Positions 21,009 to 32,804 of a DNA stretch of 51,284 bases are shown here, piece by piece. The notes beneath the pieces are model-generated. The model did no database searches. It was given only the letters and a program-made list of their open reading frames with translations, and was not told the origin of the DNA. Positions within the stretch are counted from its first letter, which is position 1. Each line of letters begins with the position of its first letter. The stretch is taken from positions 1 to 51,284 of the forward strand of contig CDMY01000564.1 of assembly GCA_001179505.1 (NCBI GenBank). The letters are read 5' to 3'. The position numbers were made by a program, and so were the translations under genes. Source of the DNA: Vitrella brassicaformis CCMP3155. Its lineage: Eukaryota; Protista; Chromerida.

Positions 21009-22426
21009 ATGACAGCTACTGACGGACTCATCTCGTGGGTATCGAAATGTCGAAGGCATGAAGTGCTGATAGCAGCTGGAGGGGTGCTGTTGCTTCTGTC
21101 ACTTTTCTCTGTCTACCAACTGAGGATAGCGCATCGCTTCTACCAGAGGAGGTCTCTGAGAACACTGCCTCACGGCATGGCGCTGAGCGCGGTGCAGAAA
21201 AACTCTTCCCGGTGGATCAAAATGCCGCGGGAAGTCATCCTGAAGATGAAAAGACCCGTCGTTGGCAGAAGTTCCCGCTTATCTTACCGGCATTCGTCTT
21301 CGTCATCACTTGGACCCGTACATTGGTGGTATCCAGGTTTTCGTTGGGTCTTCATGATCACGCCGACATATCGTCGTGTCACGCAGCGCCTCGACCTTGT
21401 GCGTCTCACAAACAGCCTCGGGCATGTTGAGAATGTGGTATGAACATGAAGAAGACACCGACCTCTGGATACACCCCTGTACTCCTTGCAGCATTTCGTG
21501 CTCGTCGAGGATTCCCATCAAATCACGCCAAGAATACAGCAGCTGCTTGATGCAAGTCCAGTGCTGCATTGGTCCCACCTTCATTTTTCCACTACCGGCC
21601 AGTACCACGTAAAGGGTGCAGAGCAAAGGAATACAGGGCTCGACCACATCCGTGGCATGATTAGCAGCGAGATTGACGCCGACCTTCGGAGGGCTTACGA
21701 GGTCGAGTATACGTGCCGAGCATATCCATTTGTCCGACTGCGTTGTTTTTGGCGTTCAGGCCGGTGTGGTTTATTTTGCTGACGAGAGCAACGCATACGA
21801 CCTCAAACTGTTCGCAGAGATCCGGAAAGTGAAGCGGATAGGCGTGTGGCCGGTGGGGGCCGTTTCAGGTCTCCCCTTCCAGCACTGTGTCGTTAGTCCA
21901 AACACGGGCAAAATCAAAGGCTACGTGGCAGAGGTGAAATCCATCTGTCCACCTTCTTTGTTGGTTAATTGCACCTGTATCAATGCAGAGCCTTAACCCC
22001 TTTCCGATGGACACCGCGGGTGAGACATCCTGGACGTCACGTCAGGATGTGCTGCTAAGCGTTTGACTAGATTTGTCTAGGCTTTGGGATTCATGTAAAA
22101 AGCATCCTGACACACTCCCGCGACGAGCCCCGCTGGAACAAGCACGCCGAAGCAGACATGGCGGTGAAGGCTTGTACGCGGTTTCCTCATGGGATGGGTG
22201 GACGTGAATTGGTGTTTGCAGATCACTGATTTTCTTCAGCAATTCGGCCTGCCCCTGGAAGAGCTTGAGCCTCTTGGATCCAATTGCACAGAGGTACACC
22301 GTGTGGATGAGCTTCTTCAAATCCTCGTCCATTGTGCAGGTGCACGTATGGAAGGCGCATACTGAGCATGGTGCCCGTCCTGACGCGGTGATTCAACAAC
22401 TCGGTCATCATGGATGGCATGATTGA
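21009..22426 (+). CDS. Glycosyltransferase family 43 (GlcAT-I/IRX9-like), type II membrane protein, with degenerate catalytic motifs; about 6 exons
   Basis: TM segment VLIAAGGVLLLLSLFSVY; FMITPTYRRVTQRLDLVRL; HFVLVEDS; QRNTGL; GVVYFADESNAYDLKLF; RIGVWPVG; PFPMDTAGF; ELEPLGSNCTEVHVW. Stop TGA at 22424-22426. Confidence 0.88.
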
Positions 22427-23521
22427 AAACGATAGATGGCCAGACCTCTACACTGAGTCGCACTTATTTGTCTAGATTGGTAGATGATGTATGCACGTCT
22501 GTGGCCATTCATGACCGAAAACGAGAGACGGCCCAGTCCACAATATATAGCCCTTTATGACGGAATGGCAAAGTATTTGTCTACTTTGTCGACTGAATCA
22601 GAACTTTAGAATTGTTGCCCTTGACCCGTTGTGGACAGGCGTCACTTACAGACTCCTTGTCGGCATGGCAGATGTGGACGCACTCCACTGTCGGTGCCTC
22701 TCTCTTAGATGGCCTTTCTGACCTCTTCTTGGTCTCGGGCACCAGCTGACTCCTGAGCACCGCGTTGGCATCGGTAATACAACAGACGCCGACTCTGTGC
22801 CAAAGCACCAAGTGTGAATACTGAACACTGAGGAGCATATCGCCGTATCTCATTGGTGTACTTCTGCTTACGGGCGGACACCTCAGCGAACTTGATCAGC
22901 AACAAAGTGAGGGGATGGAACGATGAAGAGATAAATTGCTCTTTTCACTATCGGTTCGGGTGTAGCTTGGCGAAACCGCAGAGTCCAGGAACGGTTGATT
23001 CAGGATTCGAATGCCCCAAAGGAACAACTCCAAATCGCTTGCATGATGCCCTCCACCTTGCCTATCACTTAAATGAGGGAGGCTGGTGGTAGAGGGACGT
23101 GTACGCAGGTGGTCGCGAGCCCTCTGCGCCCCCCTCTCTTCACCTCCTTCATCATAGCGAAAGCTTACCGGGCTTCCCTTTCTCCTCAGGTCATTTGGTG
23201 AATGAGACGCGGGTGGAAACGCCAGCGGAAATGGTTCCGGGCGCGCCCGTCACAGCGACAGTCCTATACTTGCTTCAACTCTCTCGAATGGGCTGGTCTC
23301 CGCTTAGATTCAGTGCCGTTATCGGTTCTCTTACGAAGCATCCCCCACACCCTGAATGCTTCGTGTGGGTTTGCCCCTGCATGCCGAGGGGTGACTTGGG
23401 TGAGTGTTGAATTTCTATCCGGTCTGTACTTTCTTCACTCCTTCGCACCTACTCAGGAGAACGTGAGATTTCGAAATAACGGACAGATAGCGTAAGACAA
23501 TAAAATTGTCAATACTTCTAC

Positions 23522-26500
23522 ATGGGGCGCGGCGGGCCACTTTTTTTCCTTGTGGGAGTTGTGTGTATGTGTGATGTTTCGGCCCAACGCCGGGGTGAGT
23601 CAGGGCGACTTCCTGCAATGCTGTCACGCCCACTGTTGTTGGGTCGCTGCAGGTTGCGTCTTGGAAGAGAACGTCGATTATGGCAAGGATTCCGATGCGG
23701 ACTTAAAGAGGGCTCCTAGTGGATTTCCTGAATATCTCGGTTGCGCTAATTGGTGCGCAGCCACAGAGAAGTGCAAATACTGGGTTCACGTAAGCACAGG
23801 AGATGACGGTTCGTGCTGGCTTAAGACGGCCAGGGATCCTGTTTCACAAGCCGCACTGAAGGACGGCGGGATGAAGTTCATGGCTGGCAACGAAGCATGC
23901 GGGGACCCAGCTAATGTGCCTGTTGAAGGTATCAACCCACAGGAGTAGAGAGTAGCATGACATTGGCATGTCTTTCGCGACTGGCTACAGATGAGCCTGA
24001 GGGAGACTTCTCCAAGTCAACCTCAATCGATGCCGCGTTTGGATGCTTTTCTCTTAACACGACATCCAATGCCCCAATCGTCGCCCGATGGCACTACGCG
24101 GCGGTCGACAAGGGGTACGAGGTACGTGTGGACAGATGTGAGGATAAAGCTACTGCGATTACACGCACAACAGACGCCTCAGTGGTGCCAAGTACGGTGC
24201 ATGGGTAATGCTGACTGCAAGTATTTTGTGTACAAACTCAAGAAGGGACACTACTACGAAGGAAGTAGGTAGACACATCTTGCTTACAGACTACCCACTC
24301 GTTTTCCTTCTTCCTGCAGACCCAATCGACGTGAACCAGGTCGACTGCCTCCTCCTTCGAGACCAGGGCGCCACACACACGCCCGAGCAGAACACAGACC
24401 TCGAGTTCGTCTTTGGACCGAAACACTGTCCGGGACAGGGTATTCACAGACGCTGACGAAACGCGCGGACACTCGCTGCACTGGGTTGTCATTGAATAGA
24501 GCCCCCTTGGAATAATCCTGTACAAGAGTGGCCTCTGCGGATCAATGTGGGTGGGCCCCCTCACAAGGACGTATACGACAAGCACTGGCAGCAGGACAAA
24601 TACTTCACATCGGCGGCGGGTTTTGCCGGGGTCTACAAAAGATCCGTAAGCCCTAGCACAAGGCGGCACACAACAGGCGGGACTGCCTGTTCAGCCTTCT
24701 GTGTGGTTTAGGGCCCGTCTCTTCCTATGGAGCCCCTCGCCCACACGGGTCGTGAGGATTTCATATATTCGATACCAGTGGAGTCCCCCGTCGCCGTTGC
24801 CGTCAACCTCTACTTTGCTGAGGTATACAGGCATGTGTTTTGCGAATCAAAGCATTGTTATGGCCAATGGCATGTGCGTCAGGTCATTCATAGATGGAAA
24901 CGGGGACAGCGCGTCCAAAATGTCTTCGTCGAGAACAACCTAGTGCTCGGTAACTTCGACACTTTCGGCACAGCCGGGGCTCTCATTTCCCCAGCGGGAC
25001 CGAAGGTCTGTTGGACCACCTTGACCAAAGAATACCTGGCTGCAGCTTTCAGTTGTCTTCTTGCCTGCCGTCCTCTCAGGAGGTGAGGTTCGACGCAATG
25101 GACACAGGAACGCACGAGATGATGGGCAACTCCACGGTGAGTGTCTACAATGGTCCCAACGAGCCCTTCGGCACCATCATCAAGGTCGAGACGCCCATGG
25201 TGGTAATCGAGGACAACACCATTGACATTAGAGCTGAACCTGTCATGGGCAAGGCGTGGCTTACCGCTATCGAGGTCTACGCGACAGAGGTCGAGCTGGA
25301 CATCGCCGTCATGGCAGATGGTCCCACTCAAACGGAACCCTTCACGGCTATTGCATTCGTGCCGGAAACGCCTACACAGGTCCATAGGAAGATGACACAG
25401 ACAACACTCGACTGCCGGTGTCTGAACTGCGTGGCCAATTGCGGCCTCTGCTTTATCAGACTCTCACGATTGAGAACAGGGACAGTCGCGACTCGAAGCT
25501 CAAGATGTCGTTTGAGGGTGGCAACGATGACCAATTCTCTGTGGACCCCACAGATCTCACACTCAAGGCAGGAGAGACTTCCACTGTCGAGGTCACGTGG
25601 ACGGGAGCCGATGCTGCAGATGGCCCTGTCGTCACCTCGCTCAAGCTATCCAAACATGTAACAGAGAGGGAATCTGCGGCCAGTGTGCCATTTTGATGAT
25701 GTGCGGGTTGCAGCTTCGCGTGTTGATCTCAGCTGACATAACCGGCAAGAAGGCCACGCTGGAAGTGCAGAGCGACATGCAGATGGGCCTCATCGCTCCT
25801 CTGAGCTACGGGGGCAGCGGAAAGGGCATCCAGGCCCCCCTTTTGTCGAAGAAGCACGCCACCGTCACCCGGGTGGTGTCCTTCGGCTCGGAGGGAGCTT
25901 TTCAGGTATCCATTGCGGGCGTGTTTACCGTGTCGGGACCTGGGGACATCACCCTCGAGCAGCCGCTGAAGATCGCGTCCAAGGCAGCCGTCCCCATGCG
26001 TATCGGCTTCGCTGCCGAGAATGCTGGGGACTTCGAGCTCATCGTGGCCTTCATGGGGCCTGACTTCCAGACACGGTTCATGACGGTGACAGGTCGCGGT
26101 GTCAACAAAGGCGAACCTCACTATCTGCACCCGGTGCTGGATCTGCCGTCTGGTGGCTATGTGGTGGACTACGATGGCGATGGTAAGGAAAGCCTCGTGC
26201 TCATGGGACACTTCAGCCACACACACGAACCCAAGATGGTGAGCATTAGCAAACGGACGCATAGGTGAGTGCATAGTCGTTGGCCTTTCCACCCGTGTCT
26301 TTGACCAGAGTGTGGAGAAGTGGACGTACAGCGTCAACGGTCAGGTTGTGTCCAGCGGTGTCGATAAGGACATCACTGACGAATACGAAACCGGGGTCTA
26401 TACTGTCCAACTCACCATTGAAGACGGAGAGGCAAAAGCACTCGCGGACACAGGGAGGTATGTGTCTACACGCACCGGAAGCAACAGCCCATCCGTGCTT

Positions 26501-29500
26501 GCTCTTCCTCCCAGTGTGGCCGTCGTTCCCATCGACAAGGTCCCCGGTTGTGCGGCTTTCATCTACAAGCCCCCAGCGTCCCAGCTGAAAGAGTTCTTCG
26601 CGGCTCCGATGGACGGGATCAACCTCAGGAGTGGCGAAATAATCCTCAAGCCAGCGTGGATCGGCAGCAGCCTCGACAAAGGGTGCGACCTCAAGCCCGA
26701 CAGTCGAAATAATAACCTGATGGGGTCACCCTTTAAGCAAAACCTCATCCTCAAAGCTAAGGTGAGCCACAAAGGCTCATACGTGGCTGCTGCAGAGTGC
26801 ATTCTTGCAGGGCCTCCTTGAAGTGAATGACGATATGCAGAATGAAAAAGGGGAGGTTTCGCTCACCGTCAACGCAGAGCCGGCCGTCCAGACGATGTTG
26901 TGGATAAACGGTAAACCCGTGTCCCTCAGCAAGGGCAATGCCAAAGCCAAGCTCGCCAGCGGCATTCAGCTCTTTGAAATCAGCTGGCTCATCACAGACC
27001 CCGCTTCGAAGCCTCTGGGGGTATGTAAGATGCGTCCAGAGAAGATTCGGATTTGTACTTGGCTTGTGTCCAGCTGCACATGAACGGCGAAGCGACGGGC
27101 ATGGGTGAGGTCTTTCACAGCGAGCAGGATTACCCGCCTTTCATCAACCGCGTCTCCCCCACCAAGGGGCACGTCTCCGGCGGCCAAAAGATCACAATCG
27201 AGGGTGTCGGTTTCATGAATCCCCTCACAGCAAAGGAAGGCGCGTTGCTACATTTTGACCAGACGCCTGTCGACTACCTGAAAGACGCACGAGTCTCCAA
27301 GGCCTCCGGCACACGGATCATCTACGAGATTCCGCCAGGGGTACGCGCAGGGTGGGCATTCGGAGACACACATCCGCGCATCCTGGGTCCTATGTTGGTT
27401 CGCAGGAGGAGGGAAAACTTGCTCTTTCTGTGCAGACTCCTCTTGGCAAGTCCAACAGCAAGCTATTCGAATATTCTAGCCGTGTGCCTCCCGCTATCAA
27501 GTGGATGGAGCCAACTACCCTGCTTTCATTCGAAAACAGAGCAGCCCTCAGGGAGAATGAACGAGTATTTAATTTCATAGGTATGCGACAGGTCAAGAGG
27601 CACCAATAAGAATGGTCGTGTAATTTACTAGGCTCGCTGACCCAGGGCGAGTGGGGGCCCGATGGTCGCCTGTACATGAGCGACGTCGGTGGTGGCATCC
27701 GGTCGATCAAGTGGCTCAACAACAAGCAGATTCAACGGAACAGCATAATCGAAATCACGACCATCATGGTCATGCACACAGTTACACAATCAGAGATCGC
27801 GTGTATCTGCGTCTTATGAACAGGAGAAGTACCCTGGGCACGCAATCACCGGCTTCGGATGTGCGTAGACGGTTGTGAAAAGCGAAATGCAAACGAATAC
27901 AACTCTGTTTTTCTCTCATTGTATATGTACAAAGTCGACCCGTTTGGTGACCCAGACGACCCAGAAATGTACGTGGCACATGCTCCAATGTTCCACTGGG
28001 TACGTCACAATGCGCGGCCAACACCAAAATATCGATCGAGTCCTTTCAGCAAAATGGTGATTGCTTCACACCGGAAAAAGACCACGCGGAGTTTATTGGA
28101 GTGCTGAGCAAGCTGAAAGGTCAGGAACAAAGGGGCCTGTGTGCACATACGTATGCGCGCGCAACTGCCGGTTTGGTGTTTGCAGGACCGCCTGACTTCA
28201 GATATCATGAAGTGGTGGTTGATGGTCTGCCCATGTCCAATCACGACCATGGCCTCAACGGCATCTCCTTCGACAACAGCGGAAACATGTACTTCCCGAT
28301 CGGTGCCATGACCAACATGGTATGGAATAACATTGGACTGTCATCTCCTTTTGTATCCGCCTGCGCTCCTCCAGGGCTGGCCCGTGTGCATCCTTGGGGG
28401 TTTGCCAGAGAGCCACTATTCAGGGGCAGTGATCAAGGTGGAGCTGAAGAACCCCAGGCGCTCAAAGAGGCTGGAGTGGGTTGACTACTTCACACGAAAA
28501 CCAATCAAAAAACCCAACCAGGTCATCGATTTCCCCGAGGTTCGTTGCACTCCATCGCGCATGTGCATCTAACAGGTGGTGGCTGACACATATGATGTGG
28601 CCCCATGGGTCACTGGTGTGTACCCCTATTCATTCGGCTTGCGCAACGCGTATGACACCGTTTACACGACAAAAGGGCAGCTATGGGTGTCGCAGAACGG
28701 CTGGAACGAGGGGTACGGCATTACAATAAACGGGCCCCCAGAATCGGGCTGTACGTTCGACGGCTGGGATAAATCTAGCTACGCTAGTCCGGACAGAGGC
28801 GAGTGCGGTCGTGTCCATACGTATGCGGGGCAGCCATACGGCGCCCATGGCAGCAAAGGGAAATCATCCGGCTGCGTCTCGTACTGTGTGTCATCAGGCA
28901 TGAACCCGTTTTGGAAGGGGGAAGAGAAGTGCTTGCCGGTGCTGGAAGAAGACTCGACTGACCCCGATCGCCTCTTCCGGACCTTTTTCAATGCATACCA
29001 CGGCCTACCAAACCCAGCACGCGCGCGTAACATGGGCGACGACCGGCAGTGGTACGTCAAGGATGCCTACGCACCACACGACCCGCCAAGGTTCCACCAG
29101 GGGTATTCCTGGGAGTCATCGACCAACGGAATTGCCGAATTCAGAGGTAGAAAACAGATCGGCACTGCGCGAGTCCCTGCATGCTTCTTTTGCGCTTAGG
29201 CAACTGCTTTGCCGGCGCAATGCGTGGTGACTTGCTTGGCGCCAAGTGGAACGGATGGATCTGGAGAGTTGACATCCCCTACCTGGAAGAGGAGGAGGGA
29301 GGGGACGTTTCTATCTCGCGGCTCGAAGGAGCGGATGTGGCTGGGCTGGAGGTATGTACTGCCGCAAAGAAGGACGCAGGTAAAGCAATTTGATGCGTGC
29401 ATCGCAGGTGGTGTACGGCCCAGGTTGCAGCATCTTGACGCTGGACTACACCCACAACCACCTAAAACACATCATGGCCGACGACGAGGACGCCAAATCA

Positions 29501-30193
29501 AACGCCGGACCGACGGCATTTGGTGAATGAAGAGACCACATAAGTGGTGGCCTCTGCAGTCATGGATGTTCTTGTGCGTGTGCTTCGGTCAATAGATATC
29601 ACCCCATGGAGGGGCAACTACCGCTTCGCACACAAAGTCGTCATCGGTAAGTGAGAACTCATGCAACAGCACGAGAGCACGCAACAGCACCCGAGCACAT
29701 AGTGCAACGTCGTGTTCCTGAGTGTGCAGGTGGCTACAACATGAATGGCCAGGGCAAGACGAAGCCCTCACACTCCCGGAAGGCAACCAAGTTTGTCATC
29801 GATGGGGTCGAGTGTAGCGTCATCTCTCAGAGCGTAAGCCCACCAGCGGCTTGTTACGTCGTGACTTGATGCTTCCTCATGCAGGATACACGTATCGAGG
29901 GCGTGGTTCCCGCTGTGGAGAGCCCCCGCCATATTGAGGAGCTGCTGGACGTCATCATTTACTTCGGTGATGGCACCAAGTCGGTACTACCGGACTCGTG
30001 GCTCTGGGCTGACCCACGCCATGTAGCCGGGTGGGCATGCAAGCAGATAACACCACGAGAAGCAGGAAAGGAGTCTTATGCCTTGTGTCTGCCCGTTTGC
30101 AGTCCCCAACCTGCCGGTCCGCCAAGCAGGAGACACGTGGAGAACGAGACACGTGACGATGCTGGAGTGATAGGAAGGCGTCGTCATCTTTGA
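23522..30193 (+). CDS. Large secreted mosaic protein: signal peptide, 2x PAN/Apple, malectin-like, Ig/ASH-like, PKD-like, IPT/TIG, glucose/sorbosone-dehydrogenase-like beta-propeller, IPT/TIG; many introns; 3' end approximate
   Basis: MGRGGPLFFLVGVVCMCDVSA. PAN: CVLEENVDY...CANWCAATEKCKYW...CWLK and CFSLNT...WCQVRCMGNADCKYF...CLL...GPKHC. Malectin: LRINVGGP...WQQDKYF, YSIPV...VNLYFAE, AWLTAIEV. Ig: LTIENRDS...FSVDPTDLTLKAGETSTVEVTW. PKD: YTVQLTIED. TIG: PFINRVSPTKGHVSGGQKITIEGVGF. GSDH: WGPDGRLYMSD, HGLNGISFDNSGNMYFPIG, FGLRNAYD, YHGLPNPAR, SSTNGIAEF. Second TIG: DITPWRG. Confidence 0.8.
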
Positions 30194-30779
30194 TGCGACG
30201 ATGCATCCTGGATTCTTGCGTTCACCGTCGTGCCTGCATCTTGGTAAATTCACATGTTTATGTAGGCCTTATCTGTATGCCTATCGATGTCTGATGGCGC
30301 TCAATAGTGCGTAGGGAGAGGGGAGCGAAATCCTGCGCACCCTGAGACACAATACGACTGTCTTGGCGGCTGGCTCCCTGCCTGCTCTGAACGCACAAAG
30401 CCTGTAAGCCCATGTTTGTCCACCCAAATATATACACGTCTGACATCACCCCGCCAGCGCCCCGAGGACAATCAAGATAGACCACATAGAAGGGGGGCAG
30501 CTCCCTGTGAGTCCTACACACCTTACACAACGCACATCATCCACAACCACCTAGATAGCATACATATACAGCACCATACCGTCGCTCACTCGACCTGCGA
30601 CTCCTTCAGACATGCAGTTTTGCGCGCTACCGGAGCAGACAGAGACATATACCCAGCAATCCGTCAGGATTCCCGATCAGATCGATGTGAAGATGGAGGC
30701 GGTGCATGGGGTGATTCGGCACTGAAGTTGGTGTCAGTCACTTGGCCATACAATCAGTATTTGACCAACTTTTCCAGTG

Positions 30780-30969
30780 CAGGGCGTCAGTTTTTCAGAT
30801 CACCAGTTTTCCACGTCGGATGGCCAGTGTTCCACTCAGGTGGTCCACTGCAGATACACACCAGTTTCTCGGCCCCTCGCTTCAGTTTTCCGCATGGGGC
30901 CCCGATTTTCCGCACAGGACACAGTTTCCCCCCCTGGGTCAGTTTTCTGGCAATGTACCGCTTGTAGTG
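30780..30969 (-). mobile_element. Possible CACTA/EnSpm terminus with subterminal CAGTTTT(C) repeats (solo end)
   Basis: CTTGTAGTG at 30961-30969 is the reverse complement of the canonical CACTACAAG. About 7 same-orientation CAGTTT-type motifs lie within 190 bp inside it. No partner TIR found in the window. Confidence 0.4.
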
Positions 30970-31517
30970 AGACACAACATAACGAGATGTATCAGACATA
31001 AATGCTTTTGCATCGAATGCACTACAGTCCCAAGAGAAATCAACAGAAACGCCGAATTCCGTGTAACCGACACCGGTTTTCGGCACTTTTTGCGCCAACG
31101 AGAAAGCGCAATTGCAATTGGAAGCAAACTCGTCTCTCGCAATGTCCGTGCGCATATATTCCATCAACCAGACCTTGAAGCGTGTGCAAGGGGATTGCGG
31201 TTGAGTTAGCGGTGAGCAAGGTCTCAGCGGCTATGGTCTCGTTTGCGGCGGCGAATAGCGACGGCCGCTTGCGTACGAAGAGAGCATAAAGCAGTTGTGT
31301 CGTGGACGATGCACTGTGTGGCTGATGGTTCAGGGCTGTGTAACCTTTCAGTGACTGGTTCTTCTTGTTGTCGGAACGAAAAGCCATTAGCGCTTACGTG
31401 TGAACACAGCATAGCGAAATGTATCATGCATTGACACAGTCGTGGTGATTCGGGTTGACTGCAACTTTCGGTGGCTGGTTCTCGTGTTTGACGGAGCGCA
31501 GAGGGATACAGCCATGA

Positions 31518-31777
31518 ACCAGGCGCGGGCCACGCCTTCATAGGCGCGGATTTCGTCGACATAGGCGGAGACGCCAGCCTATATAGGCCCGAAAAGTACA
31601 GCCCGCGTCCGCATAGGCGCGGATTTCGTCGATATAGACGGAGACGGCAGCCTATATAGACGCAGACCTACCTATGAAGGCGCCAGACGCGCCTATATGG
31701 GCGCATGAATGGAGGCGATGAAGAATCCACCCATATAGGCGCGTCTACATAGACGGCACAATGCAGGCGCGCCTGGT
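31518..31777. mobile_element. MITE (~260 bp) with ACCAGGCGCG terminal inverted repeats and internal (A)TAGGCGC repeats
   Basis: ACCAGGCGCG (31518-31527) and CGCGCCTGGT (31768-31777); flanks TGA/TAA. Internal 49-bp direct repeat (31539-31587, 31612-31660). Many ATAGGCG/CGCCTAT motifs in both orientations. Confidence 0.65.
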
Positions 31778-32499
31778 TAATAGACTCAATCGAATCATAA
31801 CTCGCGAGACAAACATTCATTCATTCATTAGCCATGCGTCTGTGCTAGTTCATGCGCGCCTCTGTCTCGTCCATGCAGGCTACGTGTCTCTTTTTCTGTG
31901 CTACGTGTCTCTTTGTCTGTGCTACACCTCTTCTCTCTGTCTTACGGCCAGAACCTTTGTTCAGCGTCTTTTGCTTGAGCGGCAGCAGCCCCTGACCTCT
32001 GTGACTCATGTTCCTGAGCAGAGAAAAGCAGTCATTCATGGGGAGGCATTTGATAGGTCGCGTTCTTCATTCGCTGTGCCTTGGTTTGGTCGCTTTTGGG
32101 GCAGCAGTGGCGGTAGCTCTCTCGAGTTCTTGACGGTGGCTACCTGCCGACAGCAAATCAGAGTCTGATGGTTGTTTGTTTGGTTCTCGTCTCACTTTGG
32201 GCTTGTCGACGCGGTTGACATGGGACTGCGCGGGGGTCATCAGCTCGAACTCCTTGACGCTGTGCTTCATGCTGTATCAGCACCTGTCGCTGCACAACAC
32301 GCTGCGTAGGGGTGGGTGGAAGTGACTGAGTCGATCGGACACTGCGGCACGCGGGAGGGAGAGGTGACGGGAAGGCGCTTTGGAAGGGTTTCTTGGTTGA
32401 GACCGTTGTTCGCCGAAGGCGAACAAGGGGTCTCATCAAAAACCCATTCAAAGCGCATTTCTCGCCACCTCTGTCTTCCCGCGTGCCGCCTGCCGCGTT

Positions 32500-32596
32500 G
32501 GGTTTAGGGTTTCAGCGCAGTGAATTAGGGTTTAGGGATTAGGGTTTAGGGTCGGGTTTAGGGCTTAGGGTTTAGTTGACTCAGGTTTAGGGTTTA
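32500..32596 (+). repeat. Interstitial telomere-like tract (TTTAGGG and NTTAGGG variants)
   Basis: Five perfect TTTAGGG plus ATTAGGG x2 and CTTAGGG, with degenerate interruptions. Confidence 0.9.
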
Positions 32597-32638
32597 TTGA
32601 AATGCCTCCCCGAAAAATCGCGAAGGGCAGCGAAGGTG

Positions 32639-32804
32639 GCCTCGATGTGGGCGCCGATGTAGGCGCCTCGATGTGGGCGCCGATGTAGGCGCCTCGATGT
32701 CGGCGCCGATGCAGGCGCCTCGATGTCGCGCCGATGTAGGCGCCTCGATGTCGGCGCCGATGTAGGCGATCGAGGCGCCTATGTCGGCGCGGCCCGTCGC
32801 TGGT
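32639..32804. repeat. Five-copy 26-bp tandem array (GCCTCGATGTGGGCGCCGATGTAGGC) followed by an inverted unit and a TIR-like end
   Basis: Units at 32639, 32665, 32691, 32717 (25 nt) and 32742. 32775-32804 is an inverted match to 31518-31547 (26 of 31 aligned columns). Confidence 0.85.

Noticed and set aside
30990-32480. Degenerate minus-strand gene interrupted by the MITE
   Set aside because: Only short ORF fragments with stops and no recognisable domain; cannot be supported.
32500-32596. True chromosome end
   Set aside because: The tract is short, degenerate and flanked on both sides by unique sequence and genes.
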